64,000 nucleotides of DNA. It comes from Lytechinus pictus (Eukaryota). Positions 1 through 14,180 of the stretch are shown piece by piece (the first letter of the stretch is position 1; every line of letters starts with the position of its first letter). Both the position numbers and the translations under genes were made by a program. Location: NCBI RefSeq assembly GCF_037042905.1, contig NC_087251.1, positions 13,082,001 to 13,146,000 of the forward strand, read 5' to 3'. The notes under the pieces are model-generated. The model was not told the DNA's origin. It was given only the letters and a program-made list of their open reading frames with translations, and did not search any database.

Positions 1-3000
1 ATGAATCTGTAAAAGGCTTTTCTGGCTGAAATCTACCTAAAACCCCTTTTCCAAATACTATCTTATATTCTTGAATAAAGGTCGGTGTGGTGAAATTAAT
101 ATCTTTATTAAATGTAGAAGAGAAAATCAATTTGCCTCCAATGTTACGAGGGAATGATTCATTGGCGAGGCTGTGATATCATTGTTAATCATGATTCCTC
201 AGACTCAGAGAGTGGCGCCCGAAGCGCTGAAGTCACGTGATTTTACTCTAATAACCAATGAGCGACGCGCTCTTTTTGGTCTGCATGTGCCGCATGTCTA
301 TCGCCATTGAAGTGTATCATCGCGCATGATAAGCACGTCAACACAGCCACATTAAAAGAGTTCTTATTTATCATGTTTATACACGAAAATCGCATTATAA
401 CGCCATAGTGGTAATCTCATTTTGACGAAATTTCGGGACACTTGAGTATGTGCCGAAGGCGGGGGAAAGGGAGGGGGTGGGAACGACGCAATAATTTTGT
501 GGAAAAGCTTCGGGCATTTCCCGCTTTGCCACCTCGAGTTGGATGAAGCAGAAGACTTAGTCATCGAGTTCATTAAAACATGAAAGGGAATTCTCGGTAC
601 CCCTCGTATTTCTTTCGCTGAGTTGTCTTAGAATGTTAATGTCCATCTTGTTTTCAGAAATGTTCGATGCAAGGAGATGTTTTACATGTATTTGACCTCC
701 ATTGTCAGAAACTGGAACACGCCGTAATGTGTTATTGATAAAAATTGATACCCAAGCTAACGGTTGCCCCAGGTATATTTGATGATGAGCCTTTATGATT
801 CAATACCCGATATCAGTGGTATTTTTGTTACTATAAAACATTGATCATACTATACTCAAAGTTAAGATTGGGAGAATTGATGTGGACGAAATAAACGATC
901 ATCTGTACTGGTTTCTGAATTAGTACTCAAAATTTCCACCGCTGATAATTATAAAGATGATAGAGCTTTGGTATGGTAATATCTTGAGGTATCACTTGTT
1001 GATGTAGAAGGAATCATAGTACATTTTTATACTCTACATTATGATTTATTACTTAATAAATTGTGATTTCATTAATTAATTTTTTTCTTTTTTAGTTGAT
1101 TTTCATTTACTGATTAATTAATTAATTTCTTTCTTATCTATCTATTATTGTTGTCTTTAATTTATTCCGTAATAAAATAATTCATCTGTGCAGTCATAGG
1201 CCCTATGTCAATTATGTATAAAGGCCTGTTATGCATTGTATGCAACATTATTTTGGTTTATTTCACAGGGGGGCGTTAGCAGTTATTTTTTTATTTTCTA
1301 TTCCCTTTGATCATTCGAATTCACAAAGTCAATACTAACCGTCTGATGTGAGAGCGCCTAACCTAAATACCATCGATTTCCCTCCTCTTTCTGGTTGCTT
1401 TCATGTAAAAAACGACCCAATTTTCCAGCTGACTCATCCTTCATCTCACAACGACCCACCTTTTCCATCCTCCTTTACTCTACTTTTCCCTCCAAGAGAT
1501 GAAAATAATTACCCCAAATTACTTTTTTTAAGAGACAAAGAGCCCACATCACCATTTTATAAGTAGATGACCTGGTTACCTCCGTGTTGGTTTTTCCCTC
1601 GACACAGTTTGCGCAAGAAAGCATCAATTTTTGTCGCATTACCCTCGTTTTCTGCGTACGGAAATGTGATAGAAACTTGATGCATGCTTGGGGTGTCTTG
1701 TTGATGCTCTGTGACCTACCTGTAAATGCCTTTTTGGCGTTACCCATTACAAACTAAAGGCAGGTAAGCGGTTGAAGTTACGAAATTCATCAAAGTTCAT
1801 TTTGTTCATGGAAAATTATCTTTAATGATACGAGTTTTCGTTTTTCATGATATTGTATTAAAACACTGGACAAATGTATGAATGGGAGAAACAAAGTTAG
1901 TGGTCATGATAAAGCGCACAGGCAATCGATAGTTTTTCTCCCTGCCTGCCATATTGCAACGGTGAATAGTGCAAATGCGGCGACATATATGATGATATAT
2001 CAACCGATGAGAATGCAAATTGCATAAATAACGAAGAGCAATCCAGTTAAAGAGACCGTCAATGACCTCCATGATAGAATGATAACAACGTTAAAAATAA
2101 CATGTATAAAGTACAAATTTCGACCTGTTCGTTGGTGGCACGGGGTGATGTTCCTTCTTTCGTGCAATCGTGTATTGACATCATCGACATTCTTTGTATA
2201 TGATTTGGCTTATACCAGTATAAAAATAAAGAAATAATAATGACAATGATAGTGATGATGATAGTAACGATAATGGTGATAATGATAATATTAATAATTA
2301 GAATGACAGAATGATAATAATAATATTCATATTGTATTCTTATACTATAGCGCCAATGTCTGTCTGATTTTACACTCCTGGCACTCCAATACCCCGAATT
2401 TTTTTTTAAAGGAAAAAAAAAGGAAATCGTTAGATAAAAATGAAAATAAAGAGCAGAAAAACAGAAGAAAATGGTTCAGATTTTTCCACCTTAAGTTAAC
2501 TTTTGCGGACGACCCGTGCGATCGATCCCAACGAGAAGATAATGCGTGATTCTCGGGTGACACGAAGGTGAGAAACAAACACCTTTTTTCAGAACAAAAC
2601 GATTTGATGTCAGTCGTGATGCGGTCATGAAAAATTATCCAAGAGGGGCAACACCGGGACATCTAAGTTTCATCCGAGGCTGGAAAAAGAAAGAAATTGG
2701 AGTAATACTGCGAGATGAAAATGATCAATCCCATCTGATTTGGGTGCGCACATCTCTGTGAATGCGATTGGTCCACCCTATGTGGCTGTAAAAGGTCGCA
2801 AAGAAAAAAAAAGTGGGGGTAATTACAGGACATTGCAACTTATTTTCTCCTATACAAACACCGATTGCCATTTTATTTTTAAAACATCTGAAATAAATAT
2901 TGCTCTTGATGTAGGTAATGATCCACTGTCGTAGATGACTGTGGTTAATCGGTTGTGCTTTATTATTATAGTCATTTATTATGATAGTTGGTATTATACA

Positions 3001-6000
3001 TAGTACACTTCGTAGACCCTGCCAGTGTTGTGCATTGATTTATTGCTGTTTTTTATGTTTTCAAATATTATTTGAGTGAAAGCACTATTTTCGACATGCC
3101 ACGCGAAAAAAATTGAGGATTGTGGTAATATTGTATCCACTATCTTCATCACATCCATGCCAGAGCTTTAATATCTAAAGTACTTCATTATTGATCAAAA
3201 GCTAACTTGTCATTATGTCTTGTTATCTGTTTTATCTCTGACGAATTTCATGAAACTGCCGGGCCCATGTCAATTTACTCCAGTGTACGGAGTGACATTA
3301 TGTCGCCAAATACAATGGTGAAATTTTACTCTGCTTGAATCCACATAGTCAGCGTTGTACATTAATTTAAAAAGGATAGAATATCATCATAAGAGATGAT
3401 GTGGTTATTGCTGATGAAGTTAACCGGATGGTTTATATGGCTTTAAAAGACAATGTTTATAAAAGTTTTTAAAATAAATGGAATGTGTTTTGGAGGAAGA
3501 AATAAACACAGGATGTGAATTGTAGAGGGAAAAAAGTAGGTCATCAGGATATCCGAGCAGCTAATAACACATTACTAAAAATTAAAAAAATATATCGCTT
3601 CTTAGTTTCTTCGTATTTGGTTCATCTGATTTGACATAATATTCCTTACATGTTAATTCGAAAAAGCTAGTCAAAAACCAAACGCGCTCATCTTTCGCGG
3701 GTAACTCCTTGTTATCACCTGATACAAGTGACGGGAGCACTGGCGTGGTGACTTGTCGTTTCCATGATAACGAAGGGTGTTGTTTCTGCGCTGAATAAAA
3801 CAAGACCTCGGGCAATGCAGTGACAATATTTTCCTCTCTTATATTTGAAAGCATCTATTTCAACTGCTCATCTTCAGCAGTGACACAGACGGAAACTAGG
3901 TTCAATTATCGTTTCACTTTCTTCCTGTATTAGTTTATGATAAAGAAGATATCGAGATTGACAGACAAGTGACAATGTCCAGTCTTTGACTTCAGTTAAG
4001 GTGCTTTCCATGGTGTTATTTTAGGCGATTGTGTTTTCTCTTCACTGCCTTGGAAATTTTATTAATTAACTTTTTATCCCTTTGTGACTGATTTGTTTGC
4101 TAAGCCGGCATTCAAAAGCATTGATAAGTCAAAATAGAATTGTTTGAATTAAGTTACATGTAAATGCGAGAGAATAAAGAAACAGTTAATAAAATGACAA
4201 CAATATTATTCTCCAATCATTGGCAGGATTTATATATATATATTTTATTAATAAACATGGTCCTTTTTGTGTAACATTGTTTACTACAAAACTGATGTTG
4301 CATAAGCTTTCAACCTGTTTATACGACCAATGTACAGGTTTGGGGGAAGCAGTTTATTTTTTATTCCTTTTGTTTCCTTCTTTCTTCATTAGATTTATTA
4401 TAATGCTACTAATTTTGTCTCTCCTTCTGATTCTCCGTATCTCCTTCTTCTCCCCCATCTACTTCTGCTTCTTCTTTGTTGGCAATAAAAGCATAGATAG
4501 TTACCTGATCTTTTATTGTATTTCAAGTTTTAAACACGATTCGGAGGTTTACTTGTTATTACGCTTTGCCCGTTTTACTAACCTTTTTTTTTAATGCAAA
4601 ATGAAGGTATTTTATTACCCCATTTTCGGGAACACTCTTTTTAGATATACATTGGAAGACGTGAAAAATCAGTGATCACCCATCATACTCTGCAAACTCA
4701 AAGAAATTGTATTTCAATCAGCATCGTCATTTGCAGCAACGGATTAAATTAGATCTCGTCATCACGATTATCATCTTTGCAGGTCAACTTTTTCCCCCTT
4801 CAATTGCCACCCGAAAATCTCCGAGCACACTGCCGAAGATAAGTCGATGTTATCCGATCCCTGGATTTCAGCGAGGCGGTGTAGAGTATTCCGGAGGTCG
4901 ACACGCGTCGTCGCAAATCGGGACACCTTTCTTCCAGCCTCCGATGAGTCAATTTTTAGAAAGGCGCGTTCGTCTTCCATCCTCCTTGCGCACCGACAAG
5001 GTGCACATCCAACCTATTCCATCATATTATGAAAAGAAAAATGCAGTGTCGATGCTGAAGTCATATGACTTCATCGTGAATCAGAGAGAGTGTGAACGAG
5101 CTTGTGCGAAACTGTGGAAGGTGTTGTTAATAGGAAAATAATGATGAAATATAAGCGCAGGTTAGGAAATTCTCCATATACAGCAGTCATCTTTTTTTCA
5201 CCTGCCACCTGGCGCCTTACAACCCCCTCTCTTTCCAAGCTTAAAGATATCTATAGGCCTATTTATACTGACTTAAATCCACGGAACCCAATATTTCGTG
5301 GGTGAAATTTGGAAGACAGTGTAAGTCTTGCATGCTATGACATAGTCCTTTATACCAAGAGATTTGTGAAAATGCAAAAAAAAACACGAGACACACACGA
5401 GAAAAATAACACTCCGAAAACCAATTTGATTTGATTTATATGAATCTTACAACTCAGTTGCTCATAGCATTGAACTTTGCAGATGACAGTGTGTTTAAGT
5501 TGTGTTTAATTTGATTTTTGCCGGTTAATAAGTTGAAATGCATCAACAAAACAATCATTTAGTTAGAAATCACCTGCATGTTAAGAGTTTGAGGATTATA
5601 AGTGAGTAAATCATCAATAAATAGAATAAAATGAACGACAAAACATAAAATTTAAACAACAAATCATAGAAATATACATAAAACAATAGCGGACCAAGAA
5701 TATATCACTGATGAAAGCCAAATAAAAAATTGTGTAACCTTGACTCGATACTGCCAATAAAAGAAATAGATAGTGCTGTTGAGATGATTCGGGCTGATTA
5801 GAATACCCGGATTCATGCATGTGCATCGGTAAACAAAACATCCCTGTTATGTTAAATAATGTAGCAATAATAATTTTAAAGAATCATCAAATGGATGTAA
5901 ACAGGTATGATAAAAATAAGTTTTAAGTATTATTAGCATCAAAAGAGAAATGCAAATTAGTGAGAAAGACATCCTAAGAGGTTAAATTCAGGGTAAATTC

Positions 6001-6844
6001 GTCAGAAGAATAATGTTCTGTTCTGTAGTACATGTATTCGGATGCAATCTACAGATCTAAAATATTAGCTAGTCGAAAACACGAGAGAATCTGAAAACTT
6101 TGACCACAGCATGGTCATGATGGTAGAAACTTATGAGCTTCCTTACATTTAATCAATTATGCAAACTAAAAGCAGACGATCTCTAAATAGGTCAAGTCAG
6201 ACCAGAAAATATGTCACCTGAAAAATAATCACTTCCTTATTTTGAGGCGATCGCAATGCATTTTAACGTCTGGAAAATAGCTGGCGGAAAAGACGTGTGC
6301 GGAATTACAAACCATCCACTAATCCTAAAATAATGGAATTTCACACGCAGTCTTTTGTTGAAACGGATGTTTTAAATGGTAGGATGTATGAACAGTTTGT
6401 GTGTGTATTTTCGTGTCAAATTGAATAACGATGTGGATACAAGTTTAAAATGTCTGCTCTTTAACTAATATGTTCATCCTGTAATTATTTCCATATTAAT
6501 TCATAGTAAATATTTCTCACCACTTGATATCCCATGGACTATAAAGCCATTCGATGTCTGATTGCATGTGTACGAAGATAAGAACATAATTATCATTAAG
6601 TGGCTTCAGTGGATTTCTCACCATTTGCTCTCATATTATTTATTTCCACTTTTCCATTTATCCAAACTTTCAACTCACTTTGATTATGTTGCATACATTA
6701 CGACAACGTCTTCGTATCAATAAACATGTACTTTGATTCCGATAAGTTAACTTCTGATTTAACTGTTACCTGTTACGTTTTGGCTAATACATGAATTCAT
6801 TGAGCAATCTATCTTTCCAAAGAGCTTCGCTCCTTGATCTTTCT

Positions 6845-7010
6845 ACCTCTATTCAATCATCTATCAATCTATCTATCTATATATCTATATATCTATCTAT
6901 CTATCTATCTATCTATCCGTCCATCTTTCAATATCTGTCTATATACATATATCTATGCATCTACTTATCTATCTACCTATAATAAATCACATCTTTCTCT
7001 CTCTCTCTCT
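6845..7010. repeat. (CTAT)n and (CT)n microsatellites
   Basis: Direct reading; explains spurious ORF 6791..6982. Confidence 0.9.
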
Positions 7011-8485
7011 TAGCCCCCAATGCGTAAGTTTAATGCACCTTTGTGGCAAAGTAGCTCCACGCCGACAGTGAAGTTAAGTGAGCATGAGTAATCGTAAAGT
7101 ATCTTTCCCTTGAAACTCAACTTGACCCAAGGGGTGCGATGTACTCCTTTTAACTTACCCCGCGTAGTTCTTTATCGTGAGGTTATGAGATAAGGAGCGG
7201 TCCCTCTCCACTCCCCGACATCGTCGATTACCGCTGCCGAGGTCAATTACCGTGTCAACGAGATACTCACAAAGAGCATGATGTGTCATAGGATATTGGT
7301 TTGAATGAGGGTGATTATTGAAGACACTAAGTTTTAATGTTCGGTCATGGTTCTCCTCGTTCGTTTTAGTGAATTGCTAGCTGTGTTCAAGTCTAACATT
7401 AATTTTGGTATGATAGTACAAGATAATCTGAGCTAGGATCTCAAACAGCTGCTCTCATCTCACAATGAAGGCCATGACATTTGTGTCCTTAAAAAATGTA
7501 TTCATGTGTTGCAATACCTAATATAATAAGAATTAAGAAATTACTTTTAAACTTATTGTATATTTAGTTATTTTCTGTTTTGTTTTACAAGGAGAAAAAA
7601 GAAAAAATGAAATCATCATTAAAATTTTTGAGTAGGACCTGTCTGGAAACTCACTTTTGATAGTTGTTAATGTTTTGGAAATTTGAAGGCGCGTACCATT
7701 CACGTGTAAATATATTGCCCTCTTATCAGTCTAAGTCGAATATATGGCTACATTAAATGAAAATAAACTCCAAATTAAGATACTAGATTCAAACATTTGG
7801 ACCAAAAGAGTTACGACACAATAACCACACCTTAATTTGATCATGCATTTTTATAAATATTGTAACTAGGAAATCAATTACGTTTTTTTTTCTGTATCGA
7901 TCGTGTTGATTGGATGTTTAATTTATAAAATAACAGTTTATTCAAACAAATCTATTATAAGAATTGTTATTCTTTTGTCTTTTAAAGCCATATAAACCAC
8001 CCTGTTAAATTCATCAGCGATAACCACTTCCAAGCAACGCATTATTTGTTTCTGTTTGTTTCAAAGTGCATGTCTTTTCTTGTTATTTGGTAGGATGTTG
8101 GTCATGGTCAAAAGCTACTCAAGAAACCCCTTTTGTTTCATTGTCACGTATCATGAGAAAACTATATTTTGATCTCTTTGATCTTCCGTCTTCCTATATT
8201 TATGATTGATTATAGCTCACTTGCTATTGATTTCAAGCTTTCAATTTCTTTCTTGAATCATTCAGATATGGTTCTCTCCCTCTCTATTCCTTTTGATCGT
8301 TCAAATATCTGATATTTCGTTTACATCTTTCATTACCTTTATTTTTCCATTCAGTTAAATAATGCGTGTATAAAATATTTGATGTTTTCATAGGAATACT
8401 AAACATTTAAAAGGTGAAACAGAATGAGAAGTCATAGAACACTGTCGATAAAGGTGACTTGAATGTTCTCATGTTTTACAGATCC

Positions 8486-8580
8486 TACTCCCCTTCCCCC
8501 TCTCCCTCCCCTTTTCTCTCTGTCTCTCTATCTCTTTCCTTCTCTATCTCCCTCTGTCTCTCTCTCTCTCTCTCTTTCCA
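8486..8580. repeat. CT-rich polypyrimidine microsatellite
   Basis: Direct reading. Confidence 0.85.
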
Positions 8581-9199
8581 GTCTATTTATCCCATCATGC
8601 TCGTAGTCAGGTAACTATTTGTTCTCTTTCTCTCACGTTCTAAACCTACACACTATACAACCATCGATCAGGACATTGTGTATTTCCTCAATAGTTTCCT
8701 ATAGTCTATAAATCCTTGTCTGTTGTCTTTATTAATCTTCCCGAAGTATAGACCGCGTCAATAAGCACCCACAAACCTTCCGTTGTAAAGTTCTGTAACC
8801 TAATTGTACTATGAGTGCTTGGTTTTGTCAAGGCATATGTAATGATGCATCAAATGATACAATAAATATATATATATAATTAAAAAGTAGATTTTATTCA
8901 AACATCCGTGGAAGCAATTATCATATAAATTTTCCCTCAATGCAATGCAATAAATGGGCACTACATTCATATATATCCTGATACTAATATCAATAATCCT
9001 GAATTTTCCTGGCCTTTCATCTTTCATGCAGGGCCCATTGAAGAAGGAGTTTCGTTGAACGCAACTCAAGTAATCAGACGCAAGTCTCCATTATGGGCTT
9101 CTGATTGATGGCTTAAGTTGCGTATGATTTGGGTTAGTTGAGAATATTTTGCAGTTGAATCTTTCTGCTACCCGCTCCACAACATATTAATGGAAATTT

Positions 9200-9590
9200 T
9201 ATGCCAGCAATATAAGATTTAAAGACAATATTTATCCCAGCTTTCACAAAGGCACTAACACCGTTTATCCATTGATCACACATGTCTCTCCATTTGGACA
9301 ATGGTTTACCCTAAAATATAATAAACTTCGGACCTTTATCATGTTTATCAATCCCACATAGGAGGGAATACCTACACAATGTGTCACTTTGACTTTCTCA
9401 TGGGGGATGACACAGTTGGACCATTCAAAGTGGTCCCAACGTGGTATTCAAGATGCAGAGTTGAACCTTTCGTTTTATAAGAGTGAAACCTTGTCCAAAT
9501 GGAGAGACACGTGTGGAGAGCGTTGAAATTATGTTAGCAAATTTGTAAAGGCTTGAACAAATATTTCGTTAAATTCTTATGTTTTGAGGA
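9200..9590. mobile_element. Degenerate inverted-repeat element (MITE-like)
   Basis: CACATGTCTCTCCATTTGGACAA (9279-9301) vs TTGTCCAAATGGAGAGACACGTG (9491-9513), 22/23 complementary; weaker complementarity outward. Confidence 0.6.
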
Positions 9591-11124
9591 TATGACAGAA
9601 AGAACTGCAATCAAACATAACTTAAAACATGAAGGTCACATGATTTCCAAACAATGATATCAGAAGCGAGCATTTTAGACTTGCGTGCTCTTGATTTTCT
9701 GACTTTAGATACCATTCTGTCTGTTGACTCCTTCTTTTTTTCTCTTGACATATCATATCACCTTCTCTTTTCTCCTTTTGCCATTGTATTTTTACGTTTC
9801 TAGTTGCATTAACTGTCATCAGTTTGGTCAATTTAGGATATACCATTTATTTGTTCTTGTATTAAGAAATCTCTTTAAATATACACGTAAGTAGTGCCGT
9901 TTAGTTTCGATACTTCAAGGTTTAAGGAATATATCGAAGGTGCGAAATTATGACAAGTCAAACAAAACTCGTGAACTGGGTTTTCTCTAAACTTATAGTC
10001 CATTAAGTTTGGAAGTACACACTCTTGGAATTCTTTTATACAGTTTCTCATAGTCTCGTCCTCGCGGTTCTGGATGGGGTTTCTTTAACCTTTCGTTTCG
10101 GACTGCTAACCGAATTTGCAAAGATTTCCCCAAAGTGCAAAGTGCGGGCACTCTGGCAAAGACGAAGACACTTCACAGTTTATTTAGGATCTCCTTTTGA
10201 AAATGATTGTTTGCTTTCTAGAAACCCAAACCTCTCATCTTTTGCTGACGACCAAACTCTTCTTTTTCTTTGCACGGATCTGGTTTAAGGGGGTAAGCGT
10301 TATTCAACTTTAAACGGAAAATGGAGAGCTTGCTCAAGCGACGTCACGTTTTCAGGTGCTCTTATAACACATGTACACAAAGAGTTATTCAATTGAACGT
10401 CTAAGTTAAAAAAAAAAGATAAATGATTCAGAACAAAGTATATGAAGTTTCATTTAATGTGAATCTATTATGTTTCTAAGTTAGATATATCTACTCTATT
10501 AATTACATGTACATGCGTTGTTATTGTAGGAGGTTCGGTGAGGATTATCGAAATACATGCCACTTCCAGTTTTCATCTCGAATAAGATTAAAATCAAGTT
10601 TGTGCTCTCTCTCGAAAGGTAGATTTTGGAAAAAGAACCGTATTTGCAAACAAACAGATTTTTAAAAACTTATTTGGGAAGTCATCTAAAATCGGAATAG
10701 CATAGTTTATATCATTAAGGAAAGAGGGCAGATTGGAAATAAGAAAAAAATCATACATTCTCGTCATTATCATTAATCAAAAGCGCATACTCTCCATTTT
10801 TGCAGTATATCATTTAATTTTATTTTTGTAGAATTCAAACACCATTTCTACTTTATTCGTCCTTGATGGTACAATTTCTAATCAATAAGATGCCCACGAT
10901 AGATGATTTTCTTCATCTACTGCAGTCGGTCAAAAAGAATTAGACATCATTACGCATTAAAGGTAAATTACGTCATTACGTCAGCAGCAAAATTAAGTAA
11001 TATTAGATATACAGATTTGTTTCTTTTCATGCAACCTATTTTCGATGATTTTATTCCTTATTATTATCACAACTTTTTCATTGACATTTTTGAAGTTAAG
11101 TGAATGACAGAGCGAGTTGATGTA

Positions 11125-11232
11125 GGGGATGTGTGGGTGTGTGTATGTGTGCCAGTGGGGGTGTGACTTGTGAGAGAGACAGATAGAGAGGGGAGGAGAG
11201 TGGAGGGCGAGGGAGAGAGAGAGAGAGGGTAG
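11125..11232. repeat. (GT)n/(GA)n low-complexity tract
   Basis: Direct reading. Confidence 0.8.
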
Positions 11233-12300
11233 ATTATAAAAGTGAGAGGGTGGAATGCTCACAGAAAGATACACTAAACATAATGAAAAAATACTAACTT
11301 TTGCTTTGTCATTACCATTTACAATTCCAATAATATTTCAAAAGCCGTTATAAAACTCACATCTTGTCGAACACAATTTTCTCGGGAGTATCATGATCGC
11401 TGGTCTAAGAGCAAAAAACTTATTTTGCAGAGTTTTCAAAAACGGGAAATGTCTGTAACAGCTTTCTCCTATATTCTGACACTGAAATTGGCATGGCATT
11501 TACCCCAGCACGGGCAAATTGTATGCTTCATACAAATCTACAGCAGTGCAGATGAAAGTTAATATTGGTCTGCACAATTATTAGAGTAAACTCAAATCTA
11601 TTTAAAGTTGTAAGAGCAATATTTAAGTTTTAAAAGGGGGTTTGTGTGATCGTATTATTGTTCTAATTAAACATTTACTACAAAGGCAACGTGGGTTATC
11701 AAACGAAATGTTAAGCAATGTCGTGGTAGATGAACATTTAGTCTGTTGTCAACATGATGACGATTATGCTTACACAATTGCACAAGAGCATTTTGCTATA
11801 AGGAGAGTTATCAAAGTTAAATATCTAATAAAAAGAACGATTTATTTCTAAATGATGACATTTGCATGAAGTTAAAAGAAAGGAAGTGCTATTTTCAGTA
11901 TGATCTGCATGCTGTTGTCTTTATATTTAAAGGATATTGTTTTCAATATCTTCTACCAAGTACAAGTACACATATAACAATTGAACACCACATAAAACTC
12001 TCTATAATTACTATATCATGTCAATAGTCATTTTTATACCGCTCTAAGGTTTTGTAGTGGAAACTATACTTTTAAGATGTGCTGCAGAAGTTCAATACAA
12101 TAAACTTATACGGGATATAATTTACATCAGTAAATTTACAGAATGTTTCGCGTGATAGTACATTCTGTAGACATTTGATAAAATCGTTGCCTTCACATAC
12201 TTTTTGTAGAGTATATTTTCGGTATAAGAGTGAAATGCAGTCAATGTAGGGCCTATATTTCTATGCATTTGTGAAAATATTCAATTTGCTTCACGTACTC

Positions 12301-12855
12301 AAATGTCAAGTCCACCGCAATAACAAGTTGCCATGAATAAACATAAAAAATACAGAAATTGCATCAAAATTGGACGTAAAATATGGTTTATGGCATTTTT
12401 AAAGTTAATTCATTTCGCAAAACAGTTACATGCATAAATATGCTCAATAACAGTGATATGCAAGAATATAGTTGACGACGTCACTCACTCACTTTTTGTA
12501 TTTTCCTTACTACGAAGGTGTACATGTTTCAGCGTCGTGGATTTCATGATAAACCAAAGCTGTTGCTTAAACCGTAATACGTTACAACGATTGCTATATC
12601 ATGGACCAGTCTTTTTTTAAATATTTTTTTAACATTAAAATTGGTATTTGTTTATGATTAATTATGATTAAATATGAAATAATAATTAATGAGCATTTGT
12701 CATCACCGACTCAGACTTTTGCATAATGTTTTATGCATATAACTGTTTTGTAAATTAAGCAAAACTTTAAGATGTCATTCCTTTGTGAATTTTCTTCCAA
12801 TTTTGATTATGTTTTCACTGTTATCTATATTAAATATGTTGTTGGAGTAAATTCG
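12301..12855. mobile_element. Older, degenerate copy of the 25511 MITE family
   Basis: CAAGTCCACC, CATCAAAATTGGACGTAAAATA, TATGGCATTTT, GTCACTCACT and GAAATTAAGC-like blocks are collinear with 25511-25967. Confidence 0.65.
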
Positions 12856-13957
12856 GCTCATAGGTAAATTGGGTTTGTTTAGCGAAGCATGTTCATATAG
12901 ATTTCCGCATATAGATATTGACTCCTCTGCATGTTAGAGTTATGATATTTACGCCCCGTGAAAGCTACTTTCAAATCAAAATTTGAAGAATGAACACCGT
13001 TTAGCCCCCCCCCCATCTCTAATTAACTTTCTTTTAATGAGACCACGCAACGTCAAAACACAAGGATTTTGTTGGACTTCCTGCGATGATAAAACGATGA
13101 CACTTGGTTCCGTGAAAAACAATTCATCTTCTTTACTTCTTGATATGGGATATGGGGATTAACGACAAAAAGACAAGAAGAAAACACAGTTTTGAAGAGA
13201 AATTAGTGGCCATAATCAAATTAGTCAAATCGGTGAAAACGCCACCTAGAATAACCCTGCGAACCCTCCCAGCGGCGTGGGCATGACTTCCGTCGGGGAA
13301 ACTCATCGTTGAGAGTGGGATGGAGGTGTGGATGAATGTTTCAAAATACTTCAAAGGCAAAGTTTTTAGAGTGTTTTTTTTTAGTTTGAATAATGTAAAA
13401 GGGTTAGTAAAACTTAAAAAGATTTGTTTCGATAGAAATGAAAGAATTCCCTCTGCATTGAAATTGTTGCGTCTCAACAATGTGGAGGGTGTGGGATATT
13501 GTTTTTTTTTTATAATGTACCTAGGCCTATGTTTTATAATGATGAATTGACCTGTTTCATATTGGTTGACTTTCTAGGAGGCTTATGACGTTTTCTTCTG
13601 TTAAACGATATACCAAAAGCATTTTCAGAACCCTTATCAAATTTTGACAAATAATAACATTTATATTCACTTGCTATAGTTAACATAATTAGTATTAGTA
13701 AAAAAAAAAGGAATATATCAGTTTTCAACTTAAGCTGATGGGAATACAAAATGAAGTCGGGCATGACGTTACAAATATTTTTACGAAACACATCCATCTA
13801 TGGCATACCTCAGAGAACACTTTATTGGGGTGCCCCTACCCGCCCCAAAAACTATACTTTGATCATCTTTAGTGGGGTAAACAGGGGTTACAGGGGCATG
13901 TGCTCCATTCACTTTCGCTTGTCGGCAAATACTGAGGTAATCAACCAACCCTCTGCA

Positions 13958-14180
13958 CACTCGAAAAAAATATTTACCCAATATTGGGTGAACTGGGAAC
14001 ATACATGCTTGTTGGGTAAAAAGATCCCAAATATCTTGTAAATTGTACGCAATGTTGCGTTGTAATTTATTCTTCACTCATGCACTTTGCCCAATATTGG
14101 GGAACAAAATTACTCAGCAAACATGCATGTTCCCTTTTTACCCAATATTGGGTAAATTTTTGCTCTCTGCTTTTAGAGTG
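13958..14180. mobile_element. CACTA/EnSpm-like MITE
   Basis: Termini CACTCGAAAA...TTTTAGAGTG; repeated subterminal palindrome TTTACCCAATATTGGGTAAA and inverted GGGAACATACATG / CATGCATGTTCCC. Confidence 0.75.

Noticed and set aside
4707-5141. 144-aa ORF
   Set aside because: Non-ATG start, no recognisable domain and no phase-compatible partner exons found; more likely regulatory or non-coding
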